Of a stretch of DNA of 32,000 nt, positions 1 through 8,838 are shown piece after piece. Made by a program: the position numbers and the translations under genes. Below the pieces are notes generated by a model. The model made no database searches and was not told where the DNA came from. It saw only the letters and a program-made list of their open reading frames with translations. The stretch's first letter is position 1. The number at the start of each line of letters is the position of its first letter. The stretch is from Acaryochloris thomasi RCC1774 (GTDB lineage Bacteria > Cyanobacteriota > Cyanobacteriia > Thermosynechococcales > Thermosynechococcaceae), in the NCBI RefSeq assembly GCF_003231495.1, contig NZ_PQWO01000002.1, positions 420,001 to 452,000 on the forward strand. Direction: 5' to 3'.

Positions 1-196
1 GACCTGGGCCGTGGGCAATGATGAAGTTTTTTGACTCGATTCCATAAGAATTAATGCCGAAGTGTAAGTTGCTGAAGTTGCCTAGCAGAGCACCAGTCTG
101 AGATACATGACGGATTTGGGGGGACCCTGATACCTTGCATACAGTTCATGCCGATCTATAACTTAACTAGAGAATTAACAGTGCTCAAAGAAAAAC

Positions 197-718
197 ATGA
201 TTAGTCTGCGAGACTATACCAGCACCGATGTCGAACGGCTGCTAGAGCTAGCCAATAATAAACGAGTGTCACAATATTTGGTTGACACCTTTCCTTATCC
301 CCGTGCTGACGCAGCCTGGTGGATCAATATCGGCTGTAGAGAGAAAAGCACCATTACGAAAGTAATTGAATATAAGGGCGAGTTTGTGGGCAGCATTGGC
401 CTGACGTCGCAGACTGGCTGGCGACAGCATCTGGCTGAAATGGGTTACTGGCTTGGTGAAGCTTACTGGGGTCAGGGAATTGCCACGGCGGCGCTGCAAG
501 AAATGACAGATACTGCATTTACACTCGGCTACCGAAAGCTCTATGCGCCAGTCTTGGCAACCAATACCGCATCAATGCGTGTGTTAGAGAAGTGTTCTTA
601 TCGGCTGGAAGGCATTCTCAAAAGTGAAGTCTTGAAAAATGATCAATACTTTGACATCCATCACTATGCGAGATGCTGCTCAGGGCTAATAGGCTGCGTT
701 TCTGAGACTGGTCCTTAG
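197..718 (+). CDS. GNAT family N-acetyltransferase (RimJ/RimL-like)
   Basis: 173-aa ORF. The ...YWLGEAYWGQGIATAALQEM... segment matches the GNAT acetyl-CoA-binding motif (Q/R-x-x-G-x-G/A), and size is typical of the family. Confidence 0.75.
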   Translation: MISLRDYTSTDVERLLELANNKRVSQYLVDTFPYPRADAAWWINIGCREKSTITKVIEYKGEFVGSIGLTSQTGWRQHLAEMGYWLGEAYWGQGIATAALQEMTDTAFTLGYRKLYAPVLATNTASMRVLEKCSYRLEGILKSEVLKNDQYFDIHHYARCCSGLIGCVSETGP

Positions 719-850
719 GATGTCTGTCTGAGTAAGATGTAATCGGTGATACGATTCTTGGCGATGACCGTTGGCACGGCTCATCAATTATGTTGGCGGT
801 CAACCGCGACTTCTCTCAATCCGTACGATGACGTCAAAGATAACGCTCTT

Positions 851-2563
851 ATGATTCAGCAACCTGTACAGCGCCTTGCTATTGTTCTTGGAGCCTTGCT
901 GGTGGGTGCCTGTGCACCAAGTTCGGATGTGTCTGATGGTGGCTCCTCCGGGCGAGGGTTTCCGGTCAAGATGCTGTTGGGGAGTGCGTTGGGTGAATTC
1001 TGTGATCAGGCGGCGACCCAGTTCAATCAGACGCAGCCAAAGTTGAGCAACGGTGAAGCGTTCCATTTAGCTTGTGAAGCTCAGGGAAGCGGTGATGTCG
1101 TTAATACACTTGTGACTCAGGCTGCTCAATTTCAGTCAGGAGCTTTGCCTGCAGAAGCCCCTGAGTTCCCGACGCTGGTATCGGTTGACGGTGAGATTTA
1201 CCACAGTCAGCTTATTTATCAGATAGAGCAGCTTTTCCCAGGGCAAAACTATATCCCTGCGATTACTGACGCGCCACTATTGGCTTCAAGTCCGATGGTG
1301 TTTATGACCTCTGAAGATCTGGCCCCTGGCTTGCAGAAAACGGACGACTTGTTTAAGGCGCTCGTGACGGCGACCACCCATCGAGATTTAGACGCGGCCA
1401 GTTCACCGCAGACCATTAACTATGTCCATACGGCTCCGACGCGCTCGAATTCTGGCCTGCAGACATTGGTGTCTCAGTTTGCCTCCGTTTCAGGAAAGGC
1501 GCCTCAAGATTTATCGGCGGCTGATGTGACGGCGAATCAAGCCCAAATTCAGAAGATTCAGCAGAAGATTACGCGCTATGGGGTTTCTACTAGCTCTTTA
1601 TCTGAGGCGATGGTGCAAAATGGTTTGTTTTGGGCTTCGATTGGCTCAGTCTATGAATCGTCAGTCATTGCGGCCAATAGCAATCAGCAAGCGAATCAGT
1701 CTAAGTACGTTGCGGTTTATCCTAAGGCGACCTTTACTTCGAGCATGCGCGGGATTTTGCCGACGGCTCCCTGGGTCAGTGCGGAAGAGAAAGAAGCAGC
1801 GACGCAGGTACTTGAGTATTTGCAGTCAACTGAGGCTCAAAAGCTGGCGACAAATTTAGGACTGCGGCCTGGAACGCCGGGAGTTCCGCTCGGACCTAAA
1901 TTTACGGCTCAATACGGTGTCAATCCGCAGGCGAAGTATGATTCACTTCGACCCCCGCAGCCGCAGGTGGTGGAGGCGATGCTCAAGGTTTGGGCAACCG
2001 AGGCGAAGAAGTCTTCATTAGTCGTGGTCGTGATTGATTCTTCAGGGTCTATGTCTGGCAATAAGCTGCCTGCTGTGCAAAGTACGCTGCAGACTTATCT
2101 CAAGAGCTTAGGGCCGAAGGACAGGATTGCTTTGATTGATTTTGATAGTCAGATTCAGGCTCCGGTGCTGGTGGATGGAACACCAGAGGGACGCGATCGC
2201 GGCATTGAGTTTATCAGCGGCTTGCAGGCTGATGGCGGCACTCGTCTTTACGACGCCACTTTAACGGCCCGGGACTGGCTGCAGCAGAATCTACGGCCAG
2301 ATGCCATCAACGCCATTTTGGTCTTAACGGATGGCGCTGATTCTGGGTCTTCAACTTCCCTTAGCCAGCTAGAGCAGGAGTTAGGCAAGAGCGGATTTGC
2401 CAGCGATCAGCGAATCGCGCTGTTTACGATTGGCTATGGCCGGGAAGGGGAATTCAATGCCGATATCTTAGAAAAAATTGCTAGTCTCAACGGTGGATAC
2501 TATAAGAAGGGTGATCCGGCGACGATTCAGCGCCTGATGGCTGATCTGCAACTGGAGTTTTAG
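851..2563 (+). CDS. Lipoprotein with N-terminal solute-binding-protein-like domain fused to a C-terminal von Willebrand factor A (VWA) domain
   Basis: The ORF track opens at 746, but the ATG at 851 gives a signal peptide plus lipobox-like LLVGAC. The C-terminus carries an intact MIDAS signature: DSSGS at nt 2036-2050, then DGGTRLYDA and LTDGADS. The N-terminal part shares motifs with the ORF at 3300-4415 (PTRSNSG, VYES, GLRPGTPGV). Confidence 0.75.
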   Translation: MIQQPVQRLAIVLGALLVGACAPSSDVSDGGSSGRGFPVKMLLGSALGEFCDQAATQFNQTQPKLSNGEAFHLACEAQGSGDVVNTLVTQAAQFQSGALPAEAPEFPTLVSVDGEIYHSQLIYQIEQLFPGQNYIPAITDAPLLASSPMVFMTSEDLAPGLQKTDDLFKALVTATTHRDLDAASSPQTINYVHTAPTRSNSGLQTLVSQFASVSGKAPQDLSAADVTANQAQIQKIQQKITRYGVSTSSLSEAMVQNGLFWASIGSVYESSVIAANSNQQANQSKYVAVYPKATFTSSMRGILPTAPWVSAEEKEAATQVLEYLQSTEAQKLATNLGLRPGTPGVPLGPKFTAQYGVNPQAKYDSLRPPQPQVVEAMLKVWATEAKKSSLVVVVIDSSGSMSGNKLPAVQSTLQTYLKSLGPKDRIALIDFDSQIQAPVLVDGTPEGRDRGIEFISGLQADGGTRLYDATLTARDWLQQNLRPDAINAILVLTDGADSGSSTSLSQLEQELGKSGFASDQRIALFTIGYGREGEFNADILEKIASLNGGYYKKGDPATIQRLMADLQLEF

Positions 2564-2567
2564 GGAG

Positions 2568-3296
2568 ATGGCGTCTATCAAACTGGCGAACCCACTGCAC
2601 TATCCGCTGGCCGCTTTAGCGGGTGGCCTGGTCCTAATCGTCGGCGTACGGTTTTTGCGGTTACCGAATGTGGTGATTTTGCCGGTGGCGGCTGTGACCA
2701 CGGTGGGGGGAGCGGCCTTGTTGAAAGGATCGCGGCCTGACCCGATCTCAACGAAGAATTCCGTACTCGATCGAGAGCTGCAGGCGATTCAGCAGCAGGC
2801 TTTGAAGCTGAGGCAGCAGGCGGAGAATCTGCGAATAGAGGCGGCGGGGGTCTTGACGGCATCTCATCAGGTGGAGCTGTTAGGGGCGGTGGAATATGCT
2901 TGCGATCGCACCACCGAACTCCCGCAGAAAATCAACGATCTGTCCCAGCGACTCTCGGGGAGCAACTCGCTCCTGTCTGTGCAAGATCTCCAGCAGCAGC
3001 TTGCCAAAGTAGAGCACAAGCAGGCCAACAGCTCTGGGGCCGCACAACAGCAGTGGAACCGCCTTTCGCAGAGCCTCGACCGCAATATTCAGCTGGCTCA
3101 GCAGGGAGAAGATGCGCGTCAGGCCCAGGTGATTAGCCTCTCGACGCTGATTTTAGATGCGGCGGGGGTACTGCAGCAGCTTCAGAACAAGTTACGGACG
3201 GCGAACCTCGAGAGCAATACCGAGGCGATGAAGTTGCGATCGCTCAGCGAAGAATTCACCCGCTATCAAGAAAATGTCGATCTTTTATTGTCCTAA
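2568..3296 (+). CDS. Membrane-anchored coiled-coil protein (two N-terminal TM helices; possibly TelA/XpaC-like)
   Basis: 242-aa ORF starting 4 nt after the upstream stop. Two hydrophobic helices are followed by a long Q/L/A/E-rich heptad-like region. The TelA/XpaC resemblance is from memory only. Confidence 0.55.
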   Translation: MASIKLANPLHYPLAALAGGLVLIVGVRFLRLPNVVILPVAAVTTVGGAALLKGSRPDPISTKNSVLDRELQAIQQQALKLRQQAENLRIEAAGVLTASHQVELLGAVEYACDRTTELPQKINDLSQRLSGSNSLLSVQDLQQQLAKVEHKQANSSGAAQQQWNRLSQSLDRNIQLAQQGEDARQAQVISLSTLILDAAGVLQQLQNKLRTANLESNTEAMKLRSLSEEFTRYQENVDLLLS

Positions 3297-3299
3297 CCT

Positions 3300-4415
3300 A
3301 TGGCTGCGCCGCAAAATCCATTGACCCGAACCTTTGCCTCTGTGGCTATTTTGCTAGCCTCTTTAGGTATCGCTTACATTCCTATTCCGGGGCTGCAGCA
3401 GACGATTGTGGTGGTTAGCGGTACTGAGCTGCAGGAGCCGTTGCAGAAGCTGCAAGAACGCTTTCAGCAAGCCAATCCTTCGATTCAGATTGATCTCAAG
3501 TTTCAGGGATCTCAAGATCTGGTTAATAACTATGTTGATGACAAAAATGACTTTAAGCCCACGGTCCTGATTCCTGCTAATGGTGAGCTGCTGGCAGAGC
3601 TGGAGTCTCGCTGGCAGTCGCAGCAGGGGGGGACAGCGTTCCAGGATAAGCCCCAGCCGATTGCTAAAACTCGATTAGTTGCGATCGCATGGCCCCAACG
3701 CGGTAAAGCTCTGTTCCCTAACGGCACCTTTCAGTGGTCGCGTCTAGAGGTTGCTCTGCAGAAACGCAACTGGTCTGAGATTGGCGGTTCGCAGGACTGG
3801 GGTAGCTTTGACTTCATCACCACTGACCCAACCCGCTCCAATAGTGGGCAGCTAACGCTCAGTCTCTGGGCACAGGACAAAGTTGGCACTTCAAACCTCA
3901 ATCCCGCTAACCTGTCTAGCCCGACGGTACAAACCCTGGTGAATGAGATTAAGCGCTCGGTTTATCAGCCGCCCAGATCGACAGACGTGCTGCTGCGGGA
4001 GTTTATTACCCGTGGTCCCAACGATGCTGATATCGCCACCGTTTATGAAAGCATTGCCCTCTATCGCTGGAGTCAGTCTAAGACTTCGCGGGGCGAAGCC
4101 TACCAAATCTACTATCTCAACCCCACGATTGAGACCGTCGCTACTGCAGCGATTGTGCGGCGAGAGGTAGGCGATGGTGAAAAGAAAGCTGCTCGAACTT
4201 GGCTCAAGTTTTTGGCTGAGCCAGATCAGCAGGCTGTCTTTGTTGAGTATGGTTTTCGGCCTACAACGCCAGGTGTCAAGATCGAGGCGATTCCGAATAA
4301 CCCTTGGCAGCAAGACATTCCAGGAGCCAAAGTGGATTTCAACGGGCAGGTTACGCCGCCGCCCGATCGACCCACTGTGACAGAGTTGATTCGACTGTGG
4401 CAGCGCGGCAGCTAA
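3300..4415 (+). CDS. Extracytoplasmic solute-binding-protein-like protein (orphan SBP, paralogous to the N-terminal domain of 851-2563)
   Basis: 371-aa ORF starting 3 nt after the upstream stop, with an N-terminal hydrophobic anchor or signal (FASVAILLASLGIAYIP). It shares TDPTRSNSGQLTL, TVYES and GFRPTTPGV with the VWA protein. Confidence 0.7.
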   Translation: MAAPQNPLTRTFASVAILLASLGIAYIPIPGLQQTIVVVSGTELQEPLQKLQERFQQANPSIQIDLKFQGSQDLVNNYVDDKNDFKPTVLIPANGELLAELESRWQSQQGGTAFQDKPQPIAKTRLVAIAWPQRGKALFPNGTFQWSRLEVALQKRNWSEIGGSQDWGSFDFITTDPTRSNSGQLTLSLWAQDKVGTSNLNPANLSSPTVQTLVNEIKRSVYQPPRSTDVLLREFITRGPNDADIATVYESIALYRWSQSKTSRGEAYQIYYLNPTIETVATAAIVRREVGDGEKKAARTWLKFLAEPDQQAVFVEYGFRPTTPGVKIEAIPNNPWQQDIPGAKVDFNGQVTPPPDRPTVTELIRLWQRGS

Positions 4416-4707
4416 AAAGTTTCCTCTCTCCTGATACCGAACACGCGATATCTGCATACCTGGTGGCGTATCTGGACACTGCTGAATGGCACGGTTGGTT
4501 GCTTAGGATTTTGCCGCCAGACGTTATCACTGATCTCTAACGAGCCTGGAATATCCCTCAAGCGATTGTCATAAATATATTTTGAGTTGTTTCAGCATCA
4601 TAAATAGGGTTTTTAGCAACTAACTGCTTTTATGAATTCCTTAAAATATAGACAGACAGCAGAGTAAGAGAGTTCTGAATAAGTTGAGCTCTCTTTGAAG
4701 GAGAAGC

Positions 4708-5247
4708 GTGATGCAAGAGCATGTATTGCCAACCCAGCCATCAATGTCGCGGCGGCAGCTTCTAAATTTTCTGGCCGGGACAACCGTGGCGGCGGCAGCG
4801 GGTGCAATCCTGTATCCAGCCGCAAAGTTTTTCGTACCGCAGGCAGAGGAAGATGCTGATGGGAGCAGGGTTGCCAAAGATATATTGGGTAACCCCATCC
4901 CTGTCAGCCAGTTGCTTGCTGAGCCGCCCGGAACCCGTGCCCTTGTTGCAGGCTTGGCCGGAGAACCCACCTACCTCACGGTGTTGGATAATGACCAACT
5001 TGATGATCGGGGTATTGTCGATAACTGTACCCATCTGGGCTGCACCTTTCCTTGGAACGGGATAGACCAACAGTTTCAATGTCCGTGTCATGGCTCTCGA
5101 TTTGCGGCTGACGGTTCTGTTGAGCGGGGGCCTGCCGATCGTCCGCTCAAGCTGGTCCATATTCAAGTTGAGGATGAGCACATCAAAATCGTTCCCTGGA
5201 CCGAAGCTGATCCTCGGACAGGGCGGCGTCCCTGGTGGGTTGCGTGA
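4708..5247 (+). CDS. petC: Rieske [2Fe-2S] protein, cytochrome b6f PetC-type paralog (PetC2-like, stand-alone)
   Basis: Rieske boxes CTHLGC (from nt 5026) and CPCHGS (from nt 5080). Tat-like [11 protein letters not shown] followed by a TM helix. C-terminal [10 protein letters not shown] is typical of PetC. AAGGAGA RBS upstream; GTG at 4708 or ATG at 4711. No petA adjacent. Confidence 0.8.
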   Translation: MMQEHVLPTQPSMSRRQLLNFLAGTTVAAAAGAILYPAAKFFVPQAEEDADGSRVAKDILGNPIPVSQLLAEPPGTRALVAGLAGEPTYLTVLDNDQLDDRGIVDNCTHLGCTFPWNGIDQQFQCPCHGSRFAADGSVERGPADRPLKLVHIQVEDEHIKIVPWTEADPRTGRRPWWVA

Positions 5248-5273
5248 ATTAACTAAAGAGACTTGATTGATTC

Positions 5274-5289
5274 GTCCTTAATAAAGGAC
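5274..5289. terminator. Possible bidirectional terminator hairpin between convergent genes
   Basis: GTCCTT-AATA-AAGGAC, a 6-bp stem, lies between the petC-like stop (5247) and the AraC stop (5314). The stem is weak and AT-rich. Confidence 0.25.
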
Positions 5290-5313
5290 TGAATGCTGAA
5301 GTGCAATAGACAT

Positions 5314-6291
5314 TTACGTGCAATGTTGCGATCTCCACATTCCTGGCGGAATGTCTAGGTGTCGTTTAAAGGCACGGCTGAAGGCCGCTAGGTTCTCATA
5401 GCCGACCTCTGAGGCAATCTCGCTGATATTTTTTTCAGTGCTATTTAGAAGGCGACTGGCGACGTGAATTCTCCACTTTGAGACATAGCTCATCGGGCTT
5501 TCGCCGAGCGTATCTTTGAAGCGAGCCGCGAATCGAGAAGGAGACAGCGCTACCTGTTGAGCGAGCGTATCCACTGACCAATCTCCGCCGGGTTGAGCGT
5601 GAATGAGGGCCAAGGCACGGCTAATGATTGGATCTCGAACACCCTTTAGCCAACTGGGTTCTTGGGGCTGCAGTCTAGCCATATAAGATCGGACAGCCCC
5701 TGCACAGAGTAGTTCTAACAGTCGCTCAACCATAAAGTTGCTTCCGGGTGCGCGTTGCTCCAGTTCTTGAACAATTAAGTTGGCGACGCCCGATAAATTC
5801 TGGAAGGTCTCGGCTTGGGAGATGGGGGCGTGGAGAACGGATGGAAGGGACGCAAACAGAGGGTTGAGATGGGTATCATGCAGGTAAAATACGCCACACA
5901 AGCAGACGAGAGAGCCTCGGGTACCTGTTGAGCAACGAAATGGAATCGGTTCGCCCAATAAAATGTTCTCTACCGGCAGCCTGGGTGGATTGACGCCCTG
6001 GGAAATTTGGTGGGCAGTGCCGCTAAAGCAAATCACCATTTCTCCGGCTTCAACCACCAGTGGAGACTGCTCGTGAGATGCATCTGCCGAGACTAGCTCA
6101 AGGTGCCCTCGCTCAACTAGATGAAAAGCGACGGCTCGTGTGCCCCTTTCAACATTCAGCAGCTGTCCCAGCTCGCCAGCATCTGGGAGCGTGATTGCCC
6201 AAGGCGCGGTGTACGACTCGTGGAGCAGTAGGCTGCCACAAATGTGGAGGGAGTCTAGAACATCGCTTAAAATATCGAGCTCGGAATTCAT
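5314..6291 (-). CDS. AraC family transcriptional regulator (cupin-like N-terminal domain plus C-terminal double HTH)
   Basis: 325-aa ORF. The C-terminus ...LAQQVALSPSRFAARFKDTLGESPMSYVSKWRIHVASRLL...ISEIASEVGYENLAAFSRAFKRHLDIPPGMWR is a canonical AraC/XylS HTH_18 signature. Confidence 0.85.
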   Translation of the reverse strand: MNSELDILSDVLDSLHICGSLLLHESYTAPWAITLPDAGELGQLLNVERGTRAVAFHLVERGHLELVSADASHEQSPLVVEAGEMVICFSGTAHQISQGVNPPRLPVENILLGEPIPFRCSTGTRGSLVCLCGVFYLHDTHLNPLFASLPSVLHAPISQAETFQNLSGVANLIVQELEQRAPGSNFMVERLLELLCAGAVRSYMARLQPQEPSWLKGVRDPIISRALALIHAQPGGDWSVDTLAQQVALSPSRFAARFKDTLGESPMSYVSKWRIHVASRLLNSTEKNISEIASEVGYENLAAFSRAFKRHLDIPPGMWRSQHCT

Positions 6292-6415
6292 TGCAGTTGT
6301 TTCGGCAAAATAAACAGTCTTTTTAATGATTTATTCTCTTGCCTGCCTCCATTAAACTGCGTGGGTGGTGCAAAGGTGTCGGTGTACTGTCTAATCTTTT
6401 GAGGAGAATCGCAAC

Positions 6416-6814
6416 ATGACAACTGAAATCTTTTGGCTAACCCTGACCGTGACGATGACGGCTCTCTTTTGGATGCCCTACGTTGTCAACCGGATGCTAG
6501 AGATGGGGGTGATGGGTGTTGTGGGTAATCCTGCATCTGATACGGTCCCGAAGGCGGCATGGGCGGAGCGCATGACCCATGCCCATGCTAATGCAGTCGA
6601 AAATCTTGTGGTTTTCGCACCATTGGTTTTGGGGGTTGCGATCGCAAACCTTTCCACGCCCACCACCATTGCTGCCTGCCAGCTTTACTTCTTTGCGCGG
6701 GCCGCTCACTACGTTATCTATACTCTAGGCATTCCCTTCCTACGCACGGTTGCATTTGCTGCCGGATTTGTAGCTCAGATAACCCTTGCTGTAAACATAC
6801 TCGGAGCTGCCTAG
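6416..6814 (+). CDS. MAPEG family membrane protein (membrane glutathione-transferase-like superfamily)
   Basis: 132-aa ORF with four hydrophobic segments. The ...RMTHAHANAVENLVVFAPLVL... and ...FFARAAHYVIY... motifs resemble bacterial MAPEG proteins. Divergent from the AraC gene. Confidence 0.7.
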   Translation: MTTEIFWLTLTVTMTALFWMPYVVNRMLEMGVMGVVGNPASDTVPKAAWAERMTHAHANAVENLVVFAPLVLGVAIANLSTPTTIAACQLYFFARAAHYVIYTLGIPFLRTVAFAAGFVAQITLAVNILGAA

Positions 6815-7020
6815 CAATGAGAATGAAGACCTTGTCCCACGAGATTGATCTCCGCACCCGTTCAGAATCTTTTTAAGGTATGGCTTGGGCAGAGATCTTT
6901 TTGTCGGCGGTTGGCTGGCTGATCCTTCTCTGCTGGCTTGCCTGCTTCAAGTTAACGGAGGCTGTGGCTAGTTTGGGTGGCTGTCTTGAAGGTGCGCTTG
7001 AAACGTCTGAGAATGTCCTA

Positions 7021-7946
7021 TAGAAACCATTTTAGATCTCTACGCATTAGCTGCAAGCCTCTTGAGCATTAGCCTAATGAAGCAAAGGTTGAGCTGCTCG
7101 GTTGCGTGAGGCAAGGTTCTTTCAAAGTTCTTCACCAAGCTCTTACATCTTTCCATCCAAGCATTAGAGCGTTCAATGACCCACCGAGTCGCCGCCGGGA
7201 CAAATCCAGTTTTCCCTTGAGCAGCTTTCTGTGCTTTAGACGGCTTGGGCGATAGCTCAAACCTGATTTTGCGCATGATTTGGGGATACACTTTCTCTAG
7301 CGCGTCGGTTAACGTCTGCAGATGATGGCCGTTGTCTAGCAAGAGCGTTATTTTAGGAATGTTCACTGGCTTAGCGCGAAAATAATCGATGTTTTCAATC
7401 AACATCTCCAGCAAGCCAGCATCATCTGAGAGGTTTGCAGCCGTGCAGTGGGTAAAGAAGGGTATCAACCACTAGATGCCGCTTTATCCCATCGGTGGCC
7501 TTGTAGAAACAGAAGCCTTTGGAATCAATAGAGGCATTGCAGGTGTTTTTGACCGCTCGGGAGTCAGCCATCATCAATGTCGTCCATTTAGGCTTTTTTT
7601 ACCTGTACTCGGACCTGCTCATGGAGCAACGTCGTCAACTTTTCAATGGCGCCTGCCTGACGCCACTGATTGTAATGCCAGAATACCGTTGAATAAGGCG
7701 GCAAGTCTTTGGGTAAGTCTTGCCAATTACAACCATTCTTGAGTCGATAGAGCACCCCATCAATGAGGTCACGATAGGTCCAACTGAGCGGACGAGTCGT
7801 TTGCTTAAGAGGCAGAACTTCTGGCAACAGCGGTTCTAGGATTTCCCATTCTGCATCGGTCAGACTGCTCAAATAGGCCATGATACTTGCCGGAGACGAC
7901 ATCCATCATTCCTGCGGATATATCGAAAGATCTCAAATGGATTCTA
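7021..7946 (-). mobile_element. IS5-family insertion sequence (IS1031/IS427-like small subgroup), probably defective
   Basis: 926 bp. Terminal inverted repeats are TAGAAaCCATTTtAGATCTcT (7021-7041) and the reverse complement of 7926-7946 (TAGAAtCCATTTgAGATCTtT), about 18/21 matches. It is flanked by TA at 7019-7020 and 7947-7948. The transposase reading frame lies inside. Confidence 0.8.
7040..7902 (-). pseudogene. IS5-family DDE transposase split over three reading frames
   Basis: Frame 1 (7902-7588) gives the DUF4096-like N-terminus ...LTDAEWEILEPLLP... and ends VKKA* at an A7 run (T7 on the + strand, 7594-7600). Frame 2 (about 7592-7470) reads PKWTTLMMADSRAVKNT...GIKRHLVVDT. Frame 3 (7468-7040) reads ...THCTAANLSDD...RWVIERSNAWMERCKSLVKNFERTL. 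Both frame changes are +1. Confidence 0.7.
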
Positions 7947-8069
7947 TATCCTCTGGCTTCAAACCCGGATCACCAAAAGAGGACAAGATCCCGAAAATGT
8001 GAGTCCAACTAAGCTCAAATGTTTTGTTGAACTTGCCTGCAGATGTGAAACAAAACAACTCAGGTACAT

Positions 8070-8642
8070 TTAGTGCTGGATCAGAATGACCGCAGCTTGT
8101 TTTGCACGCACAGCTGGATCTGAATTCCCTTGCATCACTGTCTCTACAACTGCGCCTTTAAGTAGAATCATCAACTGAGAGGTGAGAATATCAGGCTCAG
8201 GAAGCTGGGCATCTCTTACCAAAGTCGACAGAAAATCAGCAACCGCTTGCATGTGGTCAAGGCAAACCTGATAGGCGGGATGCCCAGAGTCAAAAAGTTC
8301 AATAGAGGTGTTGATAAAAGCGCAACCGTGAAAATCTGGCTGCTCGAACCATTCTTTGTAAACATCGAAGACGGCCAGGATGCGATCGCAAGGTTCTGTC
8401 GCCAATTCCTCCACCCTTGTATGCAGCCAGGCTAGCCAATTTTCAGTCCGCTCTTCCAGATAGGTGGCAATCAGCACATCCTTCGATTTGAAGTGCTTGT
8501 AAAGCGACATTTTGGCAACACCGGATTCGGCAATAATGCGATCAATACCAACGCCACGAACACCCTCCTGATAAAACAGCTCAGAGGCGGTTGACAGGAT
8601 GCGATCGCGAACAGATGGCCGCGCAGATTTTGTAGTTGCCAT
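8070..8642 (-). CDS. TetR/AcrR family transcriptional regulator
   Basis: The N-terminal HTH RILSTASELFYQEGVRGVGIDRIIAESGVAKMSLYKHFKSKDVL is canonical TetR_N. The ORF track opens at 8690, but the ATG at 8642 (MATTKSARP...) gives the typical spacing before the HTH. Confidence 0.85.
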   Translation of the reverse strand: MATTKSARPSVRDRILSTASELFYQEGVRGVGIDRIIAESGVAKMSLYKHFKSKDVLIATYLEERTENWLAWLHTRVEELATEPCDRILAVFDVYKEWFEQPDFHGCAFINTSIELFDSGHPAYQVCLDHMQAVADFLSTLVRDAQLPEPDILTSQLMILLKGAVVETVMQGNSDPAVRAKQAAVILIQH

Positions 8643-8654
8643 GGGCTCTTTTGA

Positions 8655-8673
8655 TAGACAGACTTGTCTGTAT
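8655..8673. promoter_or_regulatory. Putative TetR operator, copy 1 (TAGACAGAC-TT-GTCTGTAT; palindromic core ACAGAC-TT-GTCTGT)
   Basis: The 19-mer is identical to copy 2 and lies 13 nt upstream of the proposed TetR start codon. Confidence 0.55.
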
Positions 8674-8761
8674 CCTAGCATGGCCCCCACTAAAAACGTC
8701 TGCTATCTACAGGCGCGCAGCGGAATGAGAACCATAAACCAATAGAGATTTCCGCAAAATA

Positions 8762-8790
8762 TTGACAGTAGACAGACTTGTCTGTATGTT
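8762..8790 (+). promoter_or_regulatory. Putative sigma70-type promoter for the 8839-9300 gene, with an operator inside the spacer
   Basis: TTGACA (8762-8767), a 17-nt spacer, then TATGTT (8785-8790). Operator copy 2 occupies the spacer. Confidence 0.4.
8769..8787. promoter_or_regulatory. Putative TetR operator, copy 2 (exact repeat of the 19-mer TAGACAGACTTGTCTGTAT)
   Basis: Perfect 19/19 match to 8655-8673, sitting between the putative -35 and -10 elements. Confidence 0.55.
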
Positions 8791-8796
8791 TTAACT

Positions 8797-8815
8797 ATAC
8801 AAACCTGTCTGTCTA
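8797..8815. promoter_or_regulatory. Putative TetR operator, copy 3 (degenerate, inverted)
   Basis: ATACAAACCTGTCTGTCTA; its reverse complement matches the 19-mer at 16/19 positions. It lies just upstream of the RBS GGAG (8827-8830). Confidence 0.4.
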
Positions 8816-8838
8816 ATCAATTGCATGGAGATATCGCA

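Noticed and set aside
1-45. Possible start of a minus-strand gene at the left edge (MESSQKTSSLPTAQV...)
   Set aside because: Only 15 codons are visible, so the call cannot be supported.
7588-7602. Canonical programmed -1 ribosomal frameshift at the A7 run of the IS5-family transposase
   Set aside because: A -1 slip gives AGC CTA AAT GGA CGA CAT TGA, a stop after 6 codons. The continuing transposase sequence lies in the +1 frame, so the standard -1 model does not fit this copy as sequenced.
6880-8002. Small membrane-protein ORF (MAWAEIFLSAVGWLILLCWLACF...) apparently interrupted by the IS; removing the IS plus one TA restores a 64-codon frame
   Set aside because: Continuing 17 more codons without a stop is close to a coin flip by chance. 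There is no RBS or homology evidence I can see, so this is too weak to call a disrupted gene.
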